Part shown: positions 54,562-64,000 of the stretch, one piece after another | Numbering within the stretch: position 1 is the first letter of the stretch | How the letters are laid out: each line of letters opens with the position of its first letter | Virus record (IMG/VR): IMGVR_UViG_3300031993_000007 | Strand: one strand, 5' to 3' | DNA from: a virus | Lineage: Duplodnaviria > Caudoviricetes | DNA: 64,000 nucleotides | Notes under the pieces: model-generated | Database searches by the model: none | What the model saw: the letters and a program-made list of their open reading frames with translations, nothing else | What the model was told of the DNA's origin: nothing | Made by a program: the position numbers and the translations under genes

Positions 54562-57500
54562 ATGTCTAGATTTCGTTTTAAACCAATTCTATGGGCCAAG
54601 GATGACGTAGTCAGTAGTCCCTATGGTCCGGCTGGATCTAATTCCAACCAATCTAGAACCACTGACCCGGATCTTCCGAGGGTTAACGAAGTTTTCCAAG
54701 ATGACAATGGTGATCTGTTCCTTCATAAAAGAGGAATAGACGGCGTATTGAATTATAAGCGCTTTAAGCACGATGATCATCATGATGAAGATCTAATCCG
54801 GAACAAGAAATTCTCGTTCAGAGATGAAAACTATCCGACGGTAGCTCTGCATCTTGACAATCATGCAGGCACTATTCTGGGTTATGACAGCGGCCTGATT
54901 CGTTTCCTAGATTACCGTAGCAAACCAGAAAGCACTACTGTTGTTGGTCAGACTTGGCTGTCTATTAGCCTTGCAGACTATACAGGTGGAAGCAATATTG
55001 GCGCAGCTAATAACCGCCATCCTATTGCTTTGGGTGTAGGTTCTGCTAGTGGAAGTAGTATCATTGTCATCAACGTGCTTACGTCCAACAGAGACCTTTT
55101 CTGTATCTCTATAGATCCTGAAAGCAATTCTATTGGATTTATCTCGGCGTCTCACAGTGCCGAATTTGTTGATATTTCTGAATTTGAATTGTTCTTCCTA
55201 AGGGAGAACATTTCAACTGGAATGGCGAAAGTAGCCATCGACGATTACAGCTATGTGGACGTTCCGAATTCTCTGCATCCCAAGTACATTGCTCCTAGAG
55301 GATACTTTGATAAAGATCTTGAAAATGGAAACAGCAACTGTGCGATTGTCTGTGGCGAGAATTCTAATGAATTCAAGGTAATTCTTGTAAAAAGAATGGG
55401 CGATCGTATTTTTGACAGTTCCTTTACACCTTTGACTGAATTCTCTGCAACTATTACCAGCCTTTCGTATAGAGGTGATCTGCCTTGGGTTTACCAGATT
55501 GGTAAAGAGACGCTAATCGCCATTTTCAGTTCTACGGTAAACAATAGGACAACCCTTTCGAATTCCACTTTTGCAGTTTTGTATCATAAAGGTATTACAC
55601 GAGTAATAGATATTCGTGTGGATCAGCTGGAAGGCGTAAGTTACAATAAAAAGGAGATTCTTGGAATTTCTCCGCTCTACAATGAAAACAATGCCAACAA
55701 TGTTATTGTCGGATTCAAGTTCTCTTTCATCTATACGAGCTATCCGTATTTCGGAATAATGACCTATGAAGTGGCCATACCCGAAGATTATGACGAAGAT
55801 CATATAGACGCTACTTTGATTTCTTCTGTAGTTCCTTCGGCTTATAAACAGAATAATCATTACGGTATCAATTCTAAAACCGATAGAACGGATAATCAGT
55901 ATCCGTTATCGGGCATCTCTGAATCGATTACTTATTTTACTGTCTCGGGAATGAACTCTTTCGTAAATATTCGTGAATATCCGAAGGAGATTGGCAATTC
56001 GTATTTTGCTGCTGCGACTGTTGTAAGTGCAATAGCAGGTACTTTTGCTAAGATTCAGACAAAACTTGCTGAAATTGGCGAATTGTTTGTCAACAGAACC
56101 TTGACTGTTGTAAAGGATATTATCTCCACAAGTGGGAATATCATTGCAAATGCTGGAAGCTTTATTGCCGAACAGGGAGATCACATAGGCAAGGCTTTCA
56201 AGGGCATATCCTTCAAAGGATCCGGTGAAATAAGGAACTCTATAGAAGATGATCTTCCTGATAGCGGAATCAAAACTGACTCTATTACTCTTGACGAAAC
56301 AAATGCGTACTTGGAATTCAGAGATTACAATGTTTTGCCTAATGACAAGTATTCTATTGTCTTCACTCAATTTTCTCACAGAGGCAATATAGGAGGTACC
56401 TACCTTGTCTATGGCTCTAACAGTTTGTTTATCGACAGCATAACTGGAAGCGCCTTGTCCTATTTTGGTCATACTAACTTCAAAAAAGGTAAGTATTTTA
56501 ACTTCTTTGCTCTTGCTGACACTCGTGACACAGGCGCTGGAACGACTTATTATACTCCGGTTTTATCTGGAAATAAGATCTACGGCTTTTATGAAAATAG
56601 CAATGGCTCGTTAGTATACGACGAAATAAATCTGTCTAGCATTATTGGTGGAGGTGGCTTTAACACATTCCTTGGTCTGGAAACTGGCTACATCAATAAT
56701 ACGAGCAGCACTAATGAAGGTGTAGAATTGATATTCCTTGCCGAAGGAAATACCGGAAATGGAAAGGTAAGAATCAGAGCTTTTGAATTAAATGATAACA
56801 ACGAACTTGAGGAAAAGTATGCTAGTACGTTCACTCTAAGAAGCGGCGTTGATTATTATGTAATGCCTGGTATGATCTCCTTCTACAATGGAAGACTTCG
56901 TTTTGCATCTAGAATGTTTGGTAGTGCTAGTGACACCAGCGAATTATTTGATTTCATAGAAATTAATTTTACTGCCTCTTGGAATCCTCAATACAATAAT
57001 ATCATTAGAGGAGAAACAGTAATTAATACTAAGGTCGTAGGATACTCTGATTCTATTAATTCGTTTACTGGACTTGCTATTCGCCGTAGATTTGTTAATT
57101 GCGATGATGATAATGTCCTTTCGATCGCTGGAGTTTCTATTAACGCGGAAGTTATCTATGATCTCTCTATTAATTCGTCTAAGGGTACCGTATCGCTGTT
57201 ATCGATTAGTAACACGGGCGGGATTAGAGGCACAAGACTTCCTAACTGGGGAACAAATGCTGGTGTAAAATTAACAAGGATCTTAAATGCAAGTGGTACC
57301 AGTTATGATTATCTCATAAACGACAAAAAGATACCTAGCGATTATGCTCCGATTCATAATCTTTGTGCTATTGGGGTTTCTGGCAGCACAATTTACGAAT
57401 GGGAGTATGCAAGCGATCCTTCGGGTCATGTTGCTTTCGAGCGCAAAAAAATCAAAGGAGAGCTTGGGCTCTTGTCTGCAAATCTTTCTGGATTAAAGGC

Positions 57501-58413
57501 TAGCTCTGGGTATGTAGAAGACTTGGAAGTTCGTGAGCTGTCTCCTGAAAGATTTATTGCTAGAGCACGTTCTTATAACTCCGCTAGTTACTCTGTTGCT
57601 TCTTTGATAACACAGGGAGACGGGGATGAGTATGCAAGATATCTGGTGTACAACTGCACTGGTCATTTTAGCCATCAGCAGGCAGGTGACTATGGCGAAT
57701 TCCATATGCGTTATCAAGAAAATGGAGAATACCATTATCTTTTCAAGCCTTTGAGAGAAGGCCAGATTATGATAATAAATAACGCTAATGAAAGTCATAG
57801 CTTGCATATAATGATTCCTAAGACTTTCAACGGTGATCCCGGTAGTGACAGCAACTTCTATAGTTTCAACATAGACGCTGGTGCTACGGCTGTGTTGCAG
57901 GCAGTAAACAATACCTGGATACCAGGAACGTTTATTACTCCTGATATAATGAGCAAGCTAGTCAGGCCGTTCTTGTCTAGATACGATAGCGACAGCGACT
58001 TCAGAGTAAGTTCCTTGATTACTAGAAGCACTGAAGGATATGCTCTAAGACAAGACAAGTTAAGCAACACAAGCAGCGTATCTGTCGGTTCTGACTATGT
58101 TGAAATTGGTGAGATTACTACCTTGCCTACTAGTAGGAGAGCCTTTTTTGATCTCACTATAAATTTAGCCAGAGACATACAGAGTACTTACTCCTCCAGC
58201 TGCTTCATGGCTACTCTGAAATTCTTGAACCAAGAGTATCAGGTTTATGTAAGTGCATCTGATTCTGCTACCATCTATTTTAGGGTTTCAGGTTATTATA
58301 CTTCCAGTGGCAGTACTAACACCAAGGTATACCTGAAGACATCTAGTACAACTGGCAACATCACTGCACGTCCTAGTCTGTCCAGAGTATACGGAACGTA
58401 CTTCTTCTTCTAA
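54562..58413 (+). CDS. Putative tail fibre/receptor-binding protein
   Basis: 1283 aa, rich in S/T/N/G/Y beta sequence; end of the late operon. Confidence 0.6.
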   Translation: MSRFRFKPILWAKDDVVSSPYGPAGSNSNQSRTTDPDLPRVNEVFQDDNGDLFLHKRGIDGVLNYKRFKHDDHHDEDLIRNKKFSFRDENYPTVALHLDNHAGTILGYDSGLIRFLDYRSKPESTTVVGQTWLSISLADYTGGSNIGAANNRHPIALGVGSASGSSIIVINVLTSNRDLFCISIDPESNSIGFISASHSAEFVDISEFELFFLRENISTGMAKVAIDDYSYVDVPNSLHPKYIAPRGYFDKDLENGNSNCAIVCGENSNEFKVILVKRMGDRIFDSSFTPLTEFSATITSLSYRGDLPWVYQIGKETLIAIFSSTVNNRTTLSNSTFAVLYHKGITRVIDIRVDQLEGVSYNKKEILGISPLYNENNANNVIVGFKFSFIYTSYPYFGIMTYEVAIPEDYDEDHIDATLISSVVPSAYKQNNHYGINSKTDRTDNQYPLSGISESITYFTVSGMNSFVNIREYPKEIGNSYFAAATVVSAIAGTFAKIQTKLAEIGELFVNRTLTVVKDIISTSGNIIANAGSFIAEQGDHIGKAFKGISFKGSGEIRNSIEDDLPDSGIKTDSITLDETNAYLEFRDYNVLPNDKYSIVFTQFSHRGNIGGTYLVYGSNSLFIDSITGSALSYFGHTNFKKGKYFNFFALADTRDTGAGTTYYTPVLSGNKIYGFYENSNGSLVYDEINLSSIIGGGGFNTFLGLETGYINNTSSTNEGVELIFLAEGNTGNGKVRIRAFELNDNNELEEKYASTFTLRSGVDYYVMPGMISFYNGRLRFASRMFGSASDTSELFDFIEINFTASWNPQYNNIIRGETVINTKVVGYSDSINSFTGLAIRRRFVNCDDDNVLSIAGVSINAEVIYDLSINSSKGTVSLLSISNTGGIRGTRLPNWGTNAGVKLTRILNASGTSYDYLINDKKIPSDYAPIHNLCAIGVSGSTIYEWEYASDPSGHVAFERKKIKGELGLLSANLSGLKASSGYVEDLEVRELSPERFIARARSYNSASYSVASLITQGDGDEYARYLVYNCTGHFSHQQAGDYGEFHMRYQENGEYHYLFKPLREGQIMIINNANESHSLHIMIPKTFNGDPGSDSNFYSFNIDAGATAVLQAVNNTWIPGTFITPDIMSKLVRPFLSRYDSDSDFRVSSLITRSTEGYALRQDKLSNTSSVSVGSDYVEIGEITTLPTSRRAFFDLTINLARDIQSTYSSSCFMATLKFLNQEYQVYVSASDSATIYFRVSGYYTSSGSTNTKVYLKTSSTTGNITARPSLSRVYGTYFFF

Positions 58414-58481
58414 TAGCAAATAATCTTTATCTCTATAGCCTTATTAAGGCTATAGAGATTTTATTACTAGCTTGTTCGTGA

Positions 58482-58493
58482 AACTCCATATTG
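58482..58493 (+). promoter_or_regulatory. Late-type promoter AACTCCATATTG
   Basis: Consensus match; its TTG is the start called by the ORF track. Confidence 0.65.
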
Positions 58494-58514
58494 CAATTAA
58501 ACGAAGGAATACCA

Positions 58515-61500
58515 ATGCGAGCTAAGTTTTCAGTTCTCAAGCCGTATAAGATGTTTCGCGGTTTGAATATCATCTTTGATACCAAACGCAAACAGTACGA
58601 AAACTCGGTGTTGCTGTTTACAGACTCTCAAGAGCATACTCTTGAACTTCTCAAAAGTCGTCTCTTTGAAATTCAGCACATTCGCAGTTTCTATATGGAC
58701 AAATTCATGGATAAGCCGACATTCCGTAGGCTGATCCAGACTGGGCGTCTTGAAGTTTATAAGGAAATCAAATCCAATACAGACATCACTCTGACTCCGC
58801 TTAACACTGGAGTGCTCCGCCTCAAGAATACATTTTATCCTGCATGGCAGGAGCTGAATTATCTCTTTAACATTCCCGGCGCAAAGGACAAGATGGCCTT
58901 CATTCGCAATTTTGGAATGGTCACCGAGTTGTTGAAGAAGCGTGGATCTTCAGATATCTACAAGCACAAGTATGCAGTACTTGATGGACGAATTTTTGGA
59001 AAGGAATTTGGGGATAGCGAAGCCCAGAACATTAAAGGCCTCTGCATTGGATCCTTGTTTTATTTAAAGGCCAAAGAAGCTATCATTCAGAAGAATCCTG
59101 CTCTGTGGCCGTTGACTGGAAGAGATACGATTCTCTATGATCCGAACACGCTGACGGCATTCCCAATTCCGTCTGATATCACTACCTTGAGTCTTGAAAA
59201 GTTTAGGTGGATGTTGCGCATCATGCACAAGCTTTCCACTGGTAAGCAACTTACACAGGAAGACTATGACGAAGAGAATGTTGAGGAAGGCATTCAACCT
59301 ACTTTGCCGTCTTCCACTAAGGGGTACATTATCTCTAACCTCAAGGAATCTGTCCTTGAGAAGAACCATCTAGCATTTACGACGATCGGCGATGCCTTCG
59401 CCGCTTATTGTCAAGCCAATTACCCTGATGCATCTGTAGTGATCAATGATAAAAAGATCATTATTACTATGGATGAAGGGACTCCGGCTTTGGCCAAGGC
59501 CCTATACGACGGAAAGCTATGGGTCTATCGGGTCGAAGCCCCACTTCAGGGAGACTCTTTCGTAAAGTCTGGAACCGCTTGGAAAGCTACTAAGAAGGTC
59601 ACTTTGGCTTCTGATTTCCAGATTGTTGTTAAGAAGAGTGGAGACAAGATCGGCCCATATGTCCTCACAATGGACATTAGCACCGATCATCCGCTGATCG
59701 AAGCTGCTAAAGCCAATACTCTTAAGAAGGTTGAAGGCTTGAAGTCTCCGATTCCGGTTACAGCCGAACAGAGAGAGCTCATGTTTGAGATTGAGAACCG
59801 TGTTGAAGAGCTGTCTGCCGATAAGACTATTGACGAGCTGAAGGCTATTAGCGAAGTCATTGAATCTGACTCTGAGATTAAGCGGTTGTCCAATGACCTT
59901 AACGCATCCAGACTACTGTCCGTTCAGAACCGCAAGGCCGCTGAAGTCCGTGATACGCTTGAAACCAAGCAGGAAGCCGCTGACTTGATCGTCGATGGAA
60001 AGAGTATTAAGCTTAGCGAAAAGCTAAAGAGCTTGGAGTCTATCGCTCTGCAACCTGTGGAGTACCATACCACAGCTTTGAATCCCGAAGTTAACAAGAG
60101 CATCAGCCGTTCTCTTCGTGATTCGTACCTACGTGACCTTTATGAGTATGATCAGTACAGGATCTTTACTCAATTTTCCAATGCCAAGGATATTCCTATT
60201 TATGTAGAGAGCATCGAGCGCAAGAACACTTCGACGCCAGCTACATATAAGGATACTTTGACCATCAAGTTCAACATTGCTGGTGAACGTCCTAAGAGCA
60301 TGACTATTGACGTGCCGAGGATCGACCAAGATGGGTACTTGTACATTCAAGGCAACCGGAGACAAGTGACAAACCAGATCGCCTTAATGCCAATCGTGAA
60401 GATTATGCAAAGTGGTGAGTTGGTAGTGCAATACAACACTAGCTACAATAAAATCTTCTTGAGCCGTAGCACGGGAAATTTCAACCGAAGATCTGCTAGC
60501 ATCATCAAGGCTTTTGAAAAGCTTTCGGATGAGAAGAAGCTTATCGGCCACGGCTACAATATCATTCTAGGAAGCTCTCTGGCAGCGAACTCCAAGGTAG
60601 TTACCAGTCTGGAATTCTATGAACTAAGTAAGAAGATTGTACGTGCAAAACTGGGTGACCTTGAAATTCTATTCAGCTCCAAGATGGCTGAATCGGTAAA
60701 GGATCATCTGGATCTGGATCTTTCGATCTATGCCGAAACCTTTCCGGATGACAAGTACCACTTCGTCGGGGTGCTTGGAAAGGTTCCGCTGTTCGAAGGA
60801 ATGGCTCACGGGGTGTATACTCCTGGGTCTACGCCGGATGACGATCCCATCGAAATAGCTCCTGACTTGGCTTCTCTCTTGTATGAATACGGCAAGAAAG
60901 TTTCAGCTCTAACTTCTGTACTTGATACCGAAGTCTATAGCGGAAAGTCCTTCTCGTATACCAAGCTAGAAGTGTCCAATGCGTATATTCCTCTTCTGGT
61001 GTTCCTTGGTTTCAAGGAAGGTCTTGAACCTATCCTTGATCGCTACGAAGTTGAGTATGTGTTCGTGCCTAAAGAGGGTGGATCCAAGAACTATGACATC
61101 CCTGAATCTCATACTGAAAAGGTTATTTTCAAGGATGGAACGTTCTACTTTAATCCTAGCAGTGTTAAGAAGAACTTGCTTGTCAACGGCATCTTCAAGC
61201 TCCCTACGAAGGATTTTGCGTTCCATGATTTTGCGGCAGATGGAGAAGGGTATTACCAGTTCTTCATTGACAACGTCACTCCTCGATACGGAAAGGCTCT
61301 TCAGAACTTCTATACGTTGTTCATTGACCCGATCACGGCTGATGTTCTGAAGGATAATGATATTCCGAACGACCTTGTTGGAAGCTTCCTTTACTGCAAT
61401 GACCTATTGGAAGACGCAGCGTACCATCCACGTTATGAAATGGGTATCTATCGAATTCGTAACTTAGAAACAATCAATGCCCTCCTGTATAAGCTTGTAG

Positions 61501-63092
61501 CTCGCCAGATTGAGAAATACCGTCGTGGCTCTCGTGGCGATACTGCCGGAACCTTGGCTGTCCGAAGTGACGCTCTGTTTATGGAAATCAACGAGAGTCC
61601 AAACTTCGAAGACTCTACACTCTTGAATCCTATTAAGGACTGCACGAACATGGCAAAATGCGTGTATCGTGGGCCGGGAGCTCCGGGTTATGGGCATGCT
61701 CAAGGTACCGAAGAACTTCGCTTCTTTGACGAAAGTCAAATTGGAGTGTTTGGAATCGGAAGCTCCTTTGATGGAAACTCCGGCATGAACCGAAGGCTGA
61801 CTATGAACACGCAAATCACTTCTAAGCGTGGCTATGTCCGTCCTTGTGAGAATCCTGAAAACCTTGATGCTACAAACTTGTATGGTATCGACGAACTAAC
61901 CGCCACTTATACGCTTCGTCATGCTGACCCTCCTAGAGCCATGATGTGTATGGGGCAATCTGGTCACCAGTTGCCTACTGAGCACATGACTACTAGCCTT
62001 GTGAGCTCTGGCGTGTTTAAGGCTATTCCTTATCTTGTAAGCTCTGAATTCGCATTTAAGGCTCCGGTGGACGGAGTTGTCGAAGGACAAGATCCGAAGG
62101 ACAAGAACATTATCAACCTTCGCTACAGCGATGGAACCAGAGGTGTTCTTGACCTAGCCACCAAGTACCGTCGTAGCCCTGATGGATTCTTTGTTAACAT
62201 TGACCTTGAACCTTGTGTAAAGAAAGGACAGAAGTTCAAGAAGGGCGAAATCCTTGCTTATGACAAGCACTTCTTTACTAATGAAGGCGAAGGCATCGAA
62301 CTCATGAAGGGTACGCTAGCCAAGGTTGCTATCATCGGTCGAGACATGACTCTTGAAGACAGCTCGATCATCAACCAAGGTTTAGCTGACAAACTCAAGA
62401 GCTCTATGGTGATGGAAACTACGTTGTCGCTGAGTCCGTCCACTAACCTTATCAGTCTTGTAAAGGTTGGACAGGAAATCAAAACCTCTGAAAACCTTGC
62501 TGTGTTTGAAGAGAATCTTGACAGCGTTGACGTGTCTATGGCTATGGACAAGATGGGCGAAACTCTGGCTGAAAGCTTGTCTAACATTTCTAGGAATACA
62601 AAGACAAGTAAGTACAACGGAACAATCGTGGATATCGAAGTCTTCTACAACCGTCCGATTGAAGAATACAGCCCGAGTCTCCAGAAGTTCCTAAAGGCGT
62701 ATATCGCAGCCGTAAAGGCTAAAGAGGATCGCCTTAAGGATGTTCGCGGAGACCAGTTCCTCCGTAAACGTGATCTTGAACCTCAGAAGAATAGCAAAGC
62801 CAATGGCGAGCCGTTCGATGGAGTGCTCATCAAGATCTACACTAAGGTTATGGAAGAAATGGGTGTTGCCAACAAGATCACATACGAAGTGGCCCTAAAG
62901 AGCGTGGTTGGAGAGGTGATTCCGACCGAACTCAGTCCTACTTCGGATTATGAAGATGGCAACGTCATTGAAGCCTGTTTGAGTCCGTTCTCAGTCTTGA
63001 ACCGCAAAGTTCCTGACTTCCTCTATCTGATGTATACCACTAAGGTTCTTGTGGATCTTAAGGTGGAACTGAAGAAACTTGCAGGAATGTAA
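58515..63092 (+). CDS. RNA polymerase beta-like subunit, large N-terminal part (probably virion RNAP)
   Basis: GYLYIQGN, R.FDESQIG..GNSG, HADPPRAMM...Q, EDS, ANKIT....LKSVV, SP.SV.NR; start moved to ATG 58515 (AAGGA RBS). Confidence 0.88.
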   Translation: MRAKFSVLKPYKMFRGLNIIFDTKRKQYENSVLLFTDSQEHTLELLKSRLFEIQHIRSFYMDKFMDKPTFRRLIQTGRLEVYKEIKSNTDITLTPLNTGVLRLKNTFYPAWQELNYLFNIPGAKDKMAFIRNFGMVTELLKKRGSSDIYKHKYAVLDGRIFGKEFGDSEAQNIKGLCIGSLFYLKAKEAIIQKNPALWPLTGRDTILYDPNTLTAFPIPSDITTLSLEKFRWMLRIMHKLSTGKQLTQEDYDEENVEEGIQPTLPSSTKGYIISNLKESVLEKNHLAFTTIGDAFAAYCQANYPDASVVINDKKIIITMDEGTPALAKALYDGKLWVYRVEAPLQGDSFVKSGTAWKATKKVTLASDFQIVVKKSGDKIGPYVLTMDISTDHPLIEAAKANTLKKVEGLKSPIPVTAEQRELMFEIENRVEELSADKTIDELKAISEVIESDSEIKRLSNDLNASRLLSVQNRKAAEVRDTLETKQEAADLIVDGKSIKLSEKLKSLESIALQPVEYHTTALNPEVNKSISRSLRDSYLRDLYEYDQYRIFTQFSNAKDIPIYVESIERKNTSTPATYKDTLTIKFNIAGERPKSMTIDVPRIDQDGYLYIQGNRRQVTNQIALMPIVKIMQSGELVVQYNTSYNKIFLSRSTGNFNRRSASIIKAFEKLSDEKKLIGHGYNIILGSSLAANSKVVTSLEFYELSKKIVRAKLGDLEILFSSKMAESVKDHLDLDLSIYAETFPDDKYHFVGVLGKVPLFEGMAHGVYTPGSTPDDDPIEIAPDLASLLYEYGKKVSALTSVLDTEVYSGKSFSYTKLEVSNAYIPLLVFLGFKEGLEPILDRYEVEYVFVPKEGGSKNYDIPESHTEKVIFKDGTFYFNPSSVKKNLLVNGIFKLPTKDFAFHDFAADGEGYYQFFIDNVTPRYGKALQNFYTLFIDPITADVLKDNDIPNDLVGSFLYCNDLLEDAAYHPRYEMGIYRIRNLETINALLYKLVARQIEKYRRGSRGDTAGTLAVRSDALFMEINESPNFEDSTLLNPIKDCTNMAKCVYRGPGAPGYGHAQGTEELRFFDESQIGVFGIGSSFDGNSGMNRRLTMNTQITSKRGYVRPCENPENLDATNLYGIDELTATYTLRHADPPRAMMCMGQSGHQLPTEHMTTSLVSSGVFKAIPYLVSSEFAFKAPVDGVVEGQDPKDKNIINLRYSDGTRGVLDLATKYRRSPDGFFVNIDLEPCVKKGQKFKKGEILAYDKHFFTNEGEGIELMKGTLAKVAIIGRDMTLEDSSIINQGLADKLKSSMVMETTLSLSPSTNLISLVKVGQEIKTSENLAVFEENLDSVDVSMAMDKMGETLAESLSNISRNTKTSKYNGTIVDIEVFYNRPIEEYSPSLQKFLKAYIAAVKAKEDRLKDVRGDQFLRKRDLEPQKNSKANGEPFDGVLIKIYTKVMEEMGVANKITYEVALKSVVGEVIPTELSPTSDYEDGNVIEACLSPFSVLNRKVPDFLYLMYTTKVLVDLKVELKKLAGM

Positions 63093-63097
63093 TTTAA

Positions 63098-63118
63098 TCC
63101 CCTACCTTCGGGTAGGGG
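63098..63118 (+). terminator. Intrinsic terminator
   Basis: CCCCTACC-TTCG-GGTAGGGG followed by a T-rich tract. Confidence 0.75.
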
Positions 63119-63168
63119 CGTTTCTTTGCTATATTATTCTTTGTAACCAACCAAATGAGGTAGAAAAA

Positions 63169-63408
63169 ATGGCTGATGATAATAGATACGTTTACGTTTC
63201 TAATGAAGATGAACGTGTGAATATTGCCAAAGTCTACGCATCAGGAGACCCGGATACGGTTCTTGAGAGCGCAGAGGCTATGATGGGAGATATTTCACTT
63301 TCAAGCGATAGAAGGATGATAGCCGAATTAGCTTATATCCAGATTGGAATGATCTGTCCGCTTGCAAATGAATTTATAGAGGCTGCTGGCCTTGGAGGTA
63401 ATCAATGA
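63169..63408 (+). CDS. 79-aa early protein, possibly a stand-alone DP module
   Basis: TATATTAT at 63130-63137, GAGG RBS; ASGDPDTVLESA...LANEFIE. Confidence 0.7.
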   Translation: MADDNRYVYVSNEDERVNIAKVYASGDPDTVLESAEAMMGDISLSSDRRMIAELAYIQIGMICPLANEFIEAAGLGGNQ

Positions 63409-64000
63409 GCGACGAATATGTCATAGAAAGTGCTGATGGCGAACGTGGTACACGGATGCTGGTTGTTGAAGATGCAACCCTTCCGATTCCTGAAGAATCT
63501 CCAGCAGAGGTTGTTAATCCTCTTGAGGCGGCTCTCGAAGAGGCAACAACTGAAGAGACCACTGAAGTTGCCCAAGAGAATACAGCTGAAGATCAAGCGG
63601 AAGCTGCTCCAACTGAACCTGAAAACGCAGATCAACCAACAGGGCTTACTGAAGCCGATGGTCTTGCAATTGTAAGCGAAGCTGTTAACAGAGTTGCAGA
63701 AGAAGAGAACAAGCGAGATATTTTTGTTTCGGACTTCTCGAAGAATATGCACAAGGAATTGCTGCGAGCTATTAATGAATCTGATATCCACGGGATAAAT
63801 GAAGGTTACTACAGCAAACCTGTCTTCAAGACAAAATTTGGAATGGTCTCTACGGATCAATTCACTAATACTAAATTCTATTCATTTGGTAGTAAGTGGG
63901 TCAGTACATTTCTGGCTTATGCCTACAGCCAGACGAATAACAAGAGTTTCCTTGAAGTATTGTTTGATGCAGAAGAATATGCCGAGATGGAGAATATAGC
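63405..64000 (+). CDS. Acidic hypothetical protein; runs off the window end
   Basis: Absent from the ORF track; ATGA overlap, GGAGG RBS, open to the end (MSDEYVIESADGERG..., E/A/T/P-rich linker). Confidence 0.75.
   Translation, partial: MSDEYVIESADGERGTRMLVVEDATLPIPEESPAEVVNPLEAALEEATTEETTEVAQENTAEDQAEAAPTEPENADQPTGLTEADGLAIVSEAVNRVAEEENKRDIFVSDFSKNMHKELLRAINESDIHGINEGYYSKPVFKTKFGMVSTDQFTNTKFYSFGSKWVSTFLAYAYSQTNNKSFLEVLFDAEEYAEMENI

Noticed and set aside
58491-58514. ORF-track starts at TTG 58491 and TTG 9770, and extended starts at 3805, 16030, 22420, 47227 and 50136
   Set aside because: They fall in promoter or terminator sequence or in an upstream gene; downstream ATGs have proper RBSs.
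1-64000. CRISPR array, diversity-generating retroelement, IS element or integrase
   Set aside because: No regularly spaced repeats, reverse transcriptase, transposase or recombinase motifs were seen.

Overview
A 64-kb segment of a jumbo phage genome of the phiKZ/AR9-like type; no host housekeeping context is visible. It encodes four split multisubunit RNA polymerase subunits: three that look virion-packaged (beta-N, beta-C, beta'-C) and one that looks non-virion (beta'-N). It also encodes a portal-like protein, baseplate/tail proteins and the exonuclease/motif-A half of a split family B DNA polymerase. Auxiliary genes include pncB, a NadD-Nudix fusion, guanylate kinase, a HAD 3'-phosphatase, a histidine phosphatase, patatin, ACP, a radical SAM enzyme and IF-1. 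Two closely related group I introns interrupt the DNA polymerase (28408-29219) and the RNAP beta' catalytic DxDGD motif (47176-48261); each carries a different homing endonuclease in a different loop. Two promoter classes can be read from the DNA: TATATTA (early-type) and AAC-N5-ATT(G/A) (late-type, AR9-like). The most striking unexplained signal is a C-terminal module, helix-[D/N]P-helix-spacer-helix, shared by 13 or more otherwise dissimilar early proteins. It suggests a common docking or sorting tag. Other leads are a nicotinate-based NAD salvage pair, a highly structured small-ORF RNA at 33.8-34.1 kb and an AT-rich inverted repeat at the main strand switch. All assignments come from motif reading by eye; no searches were run.
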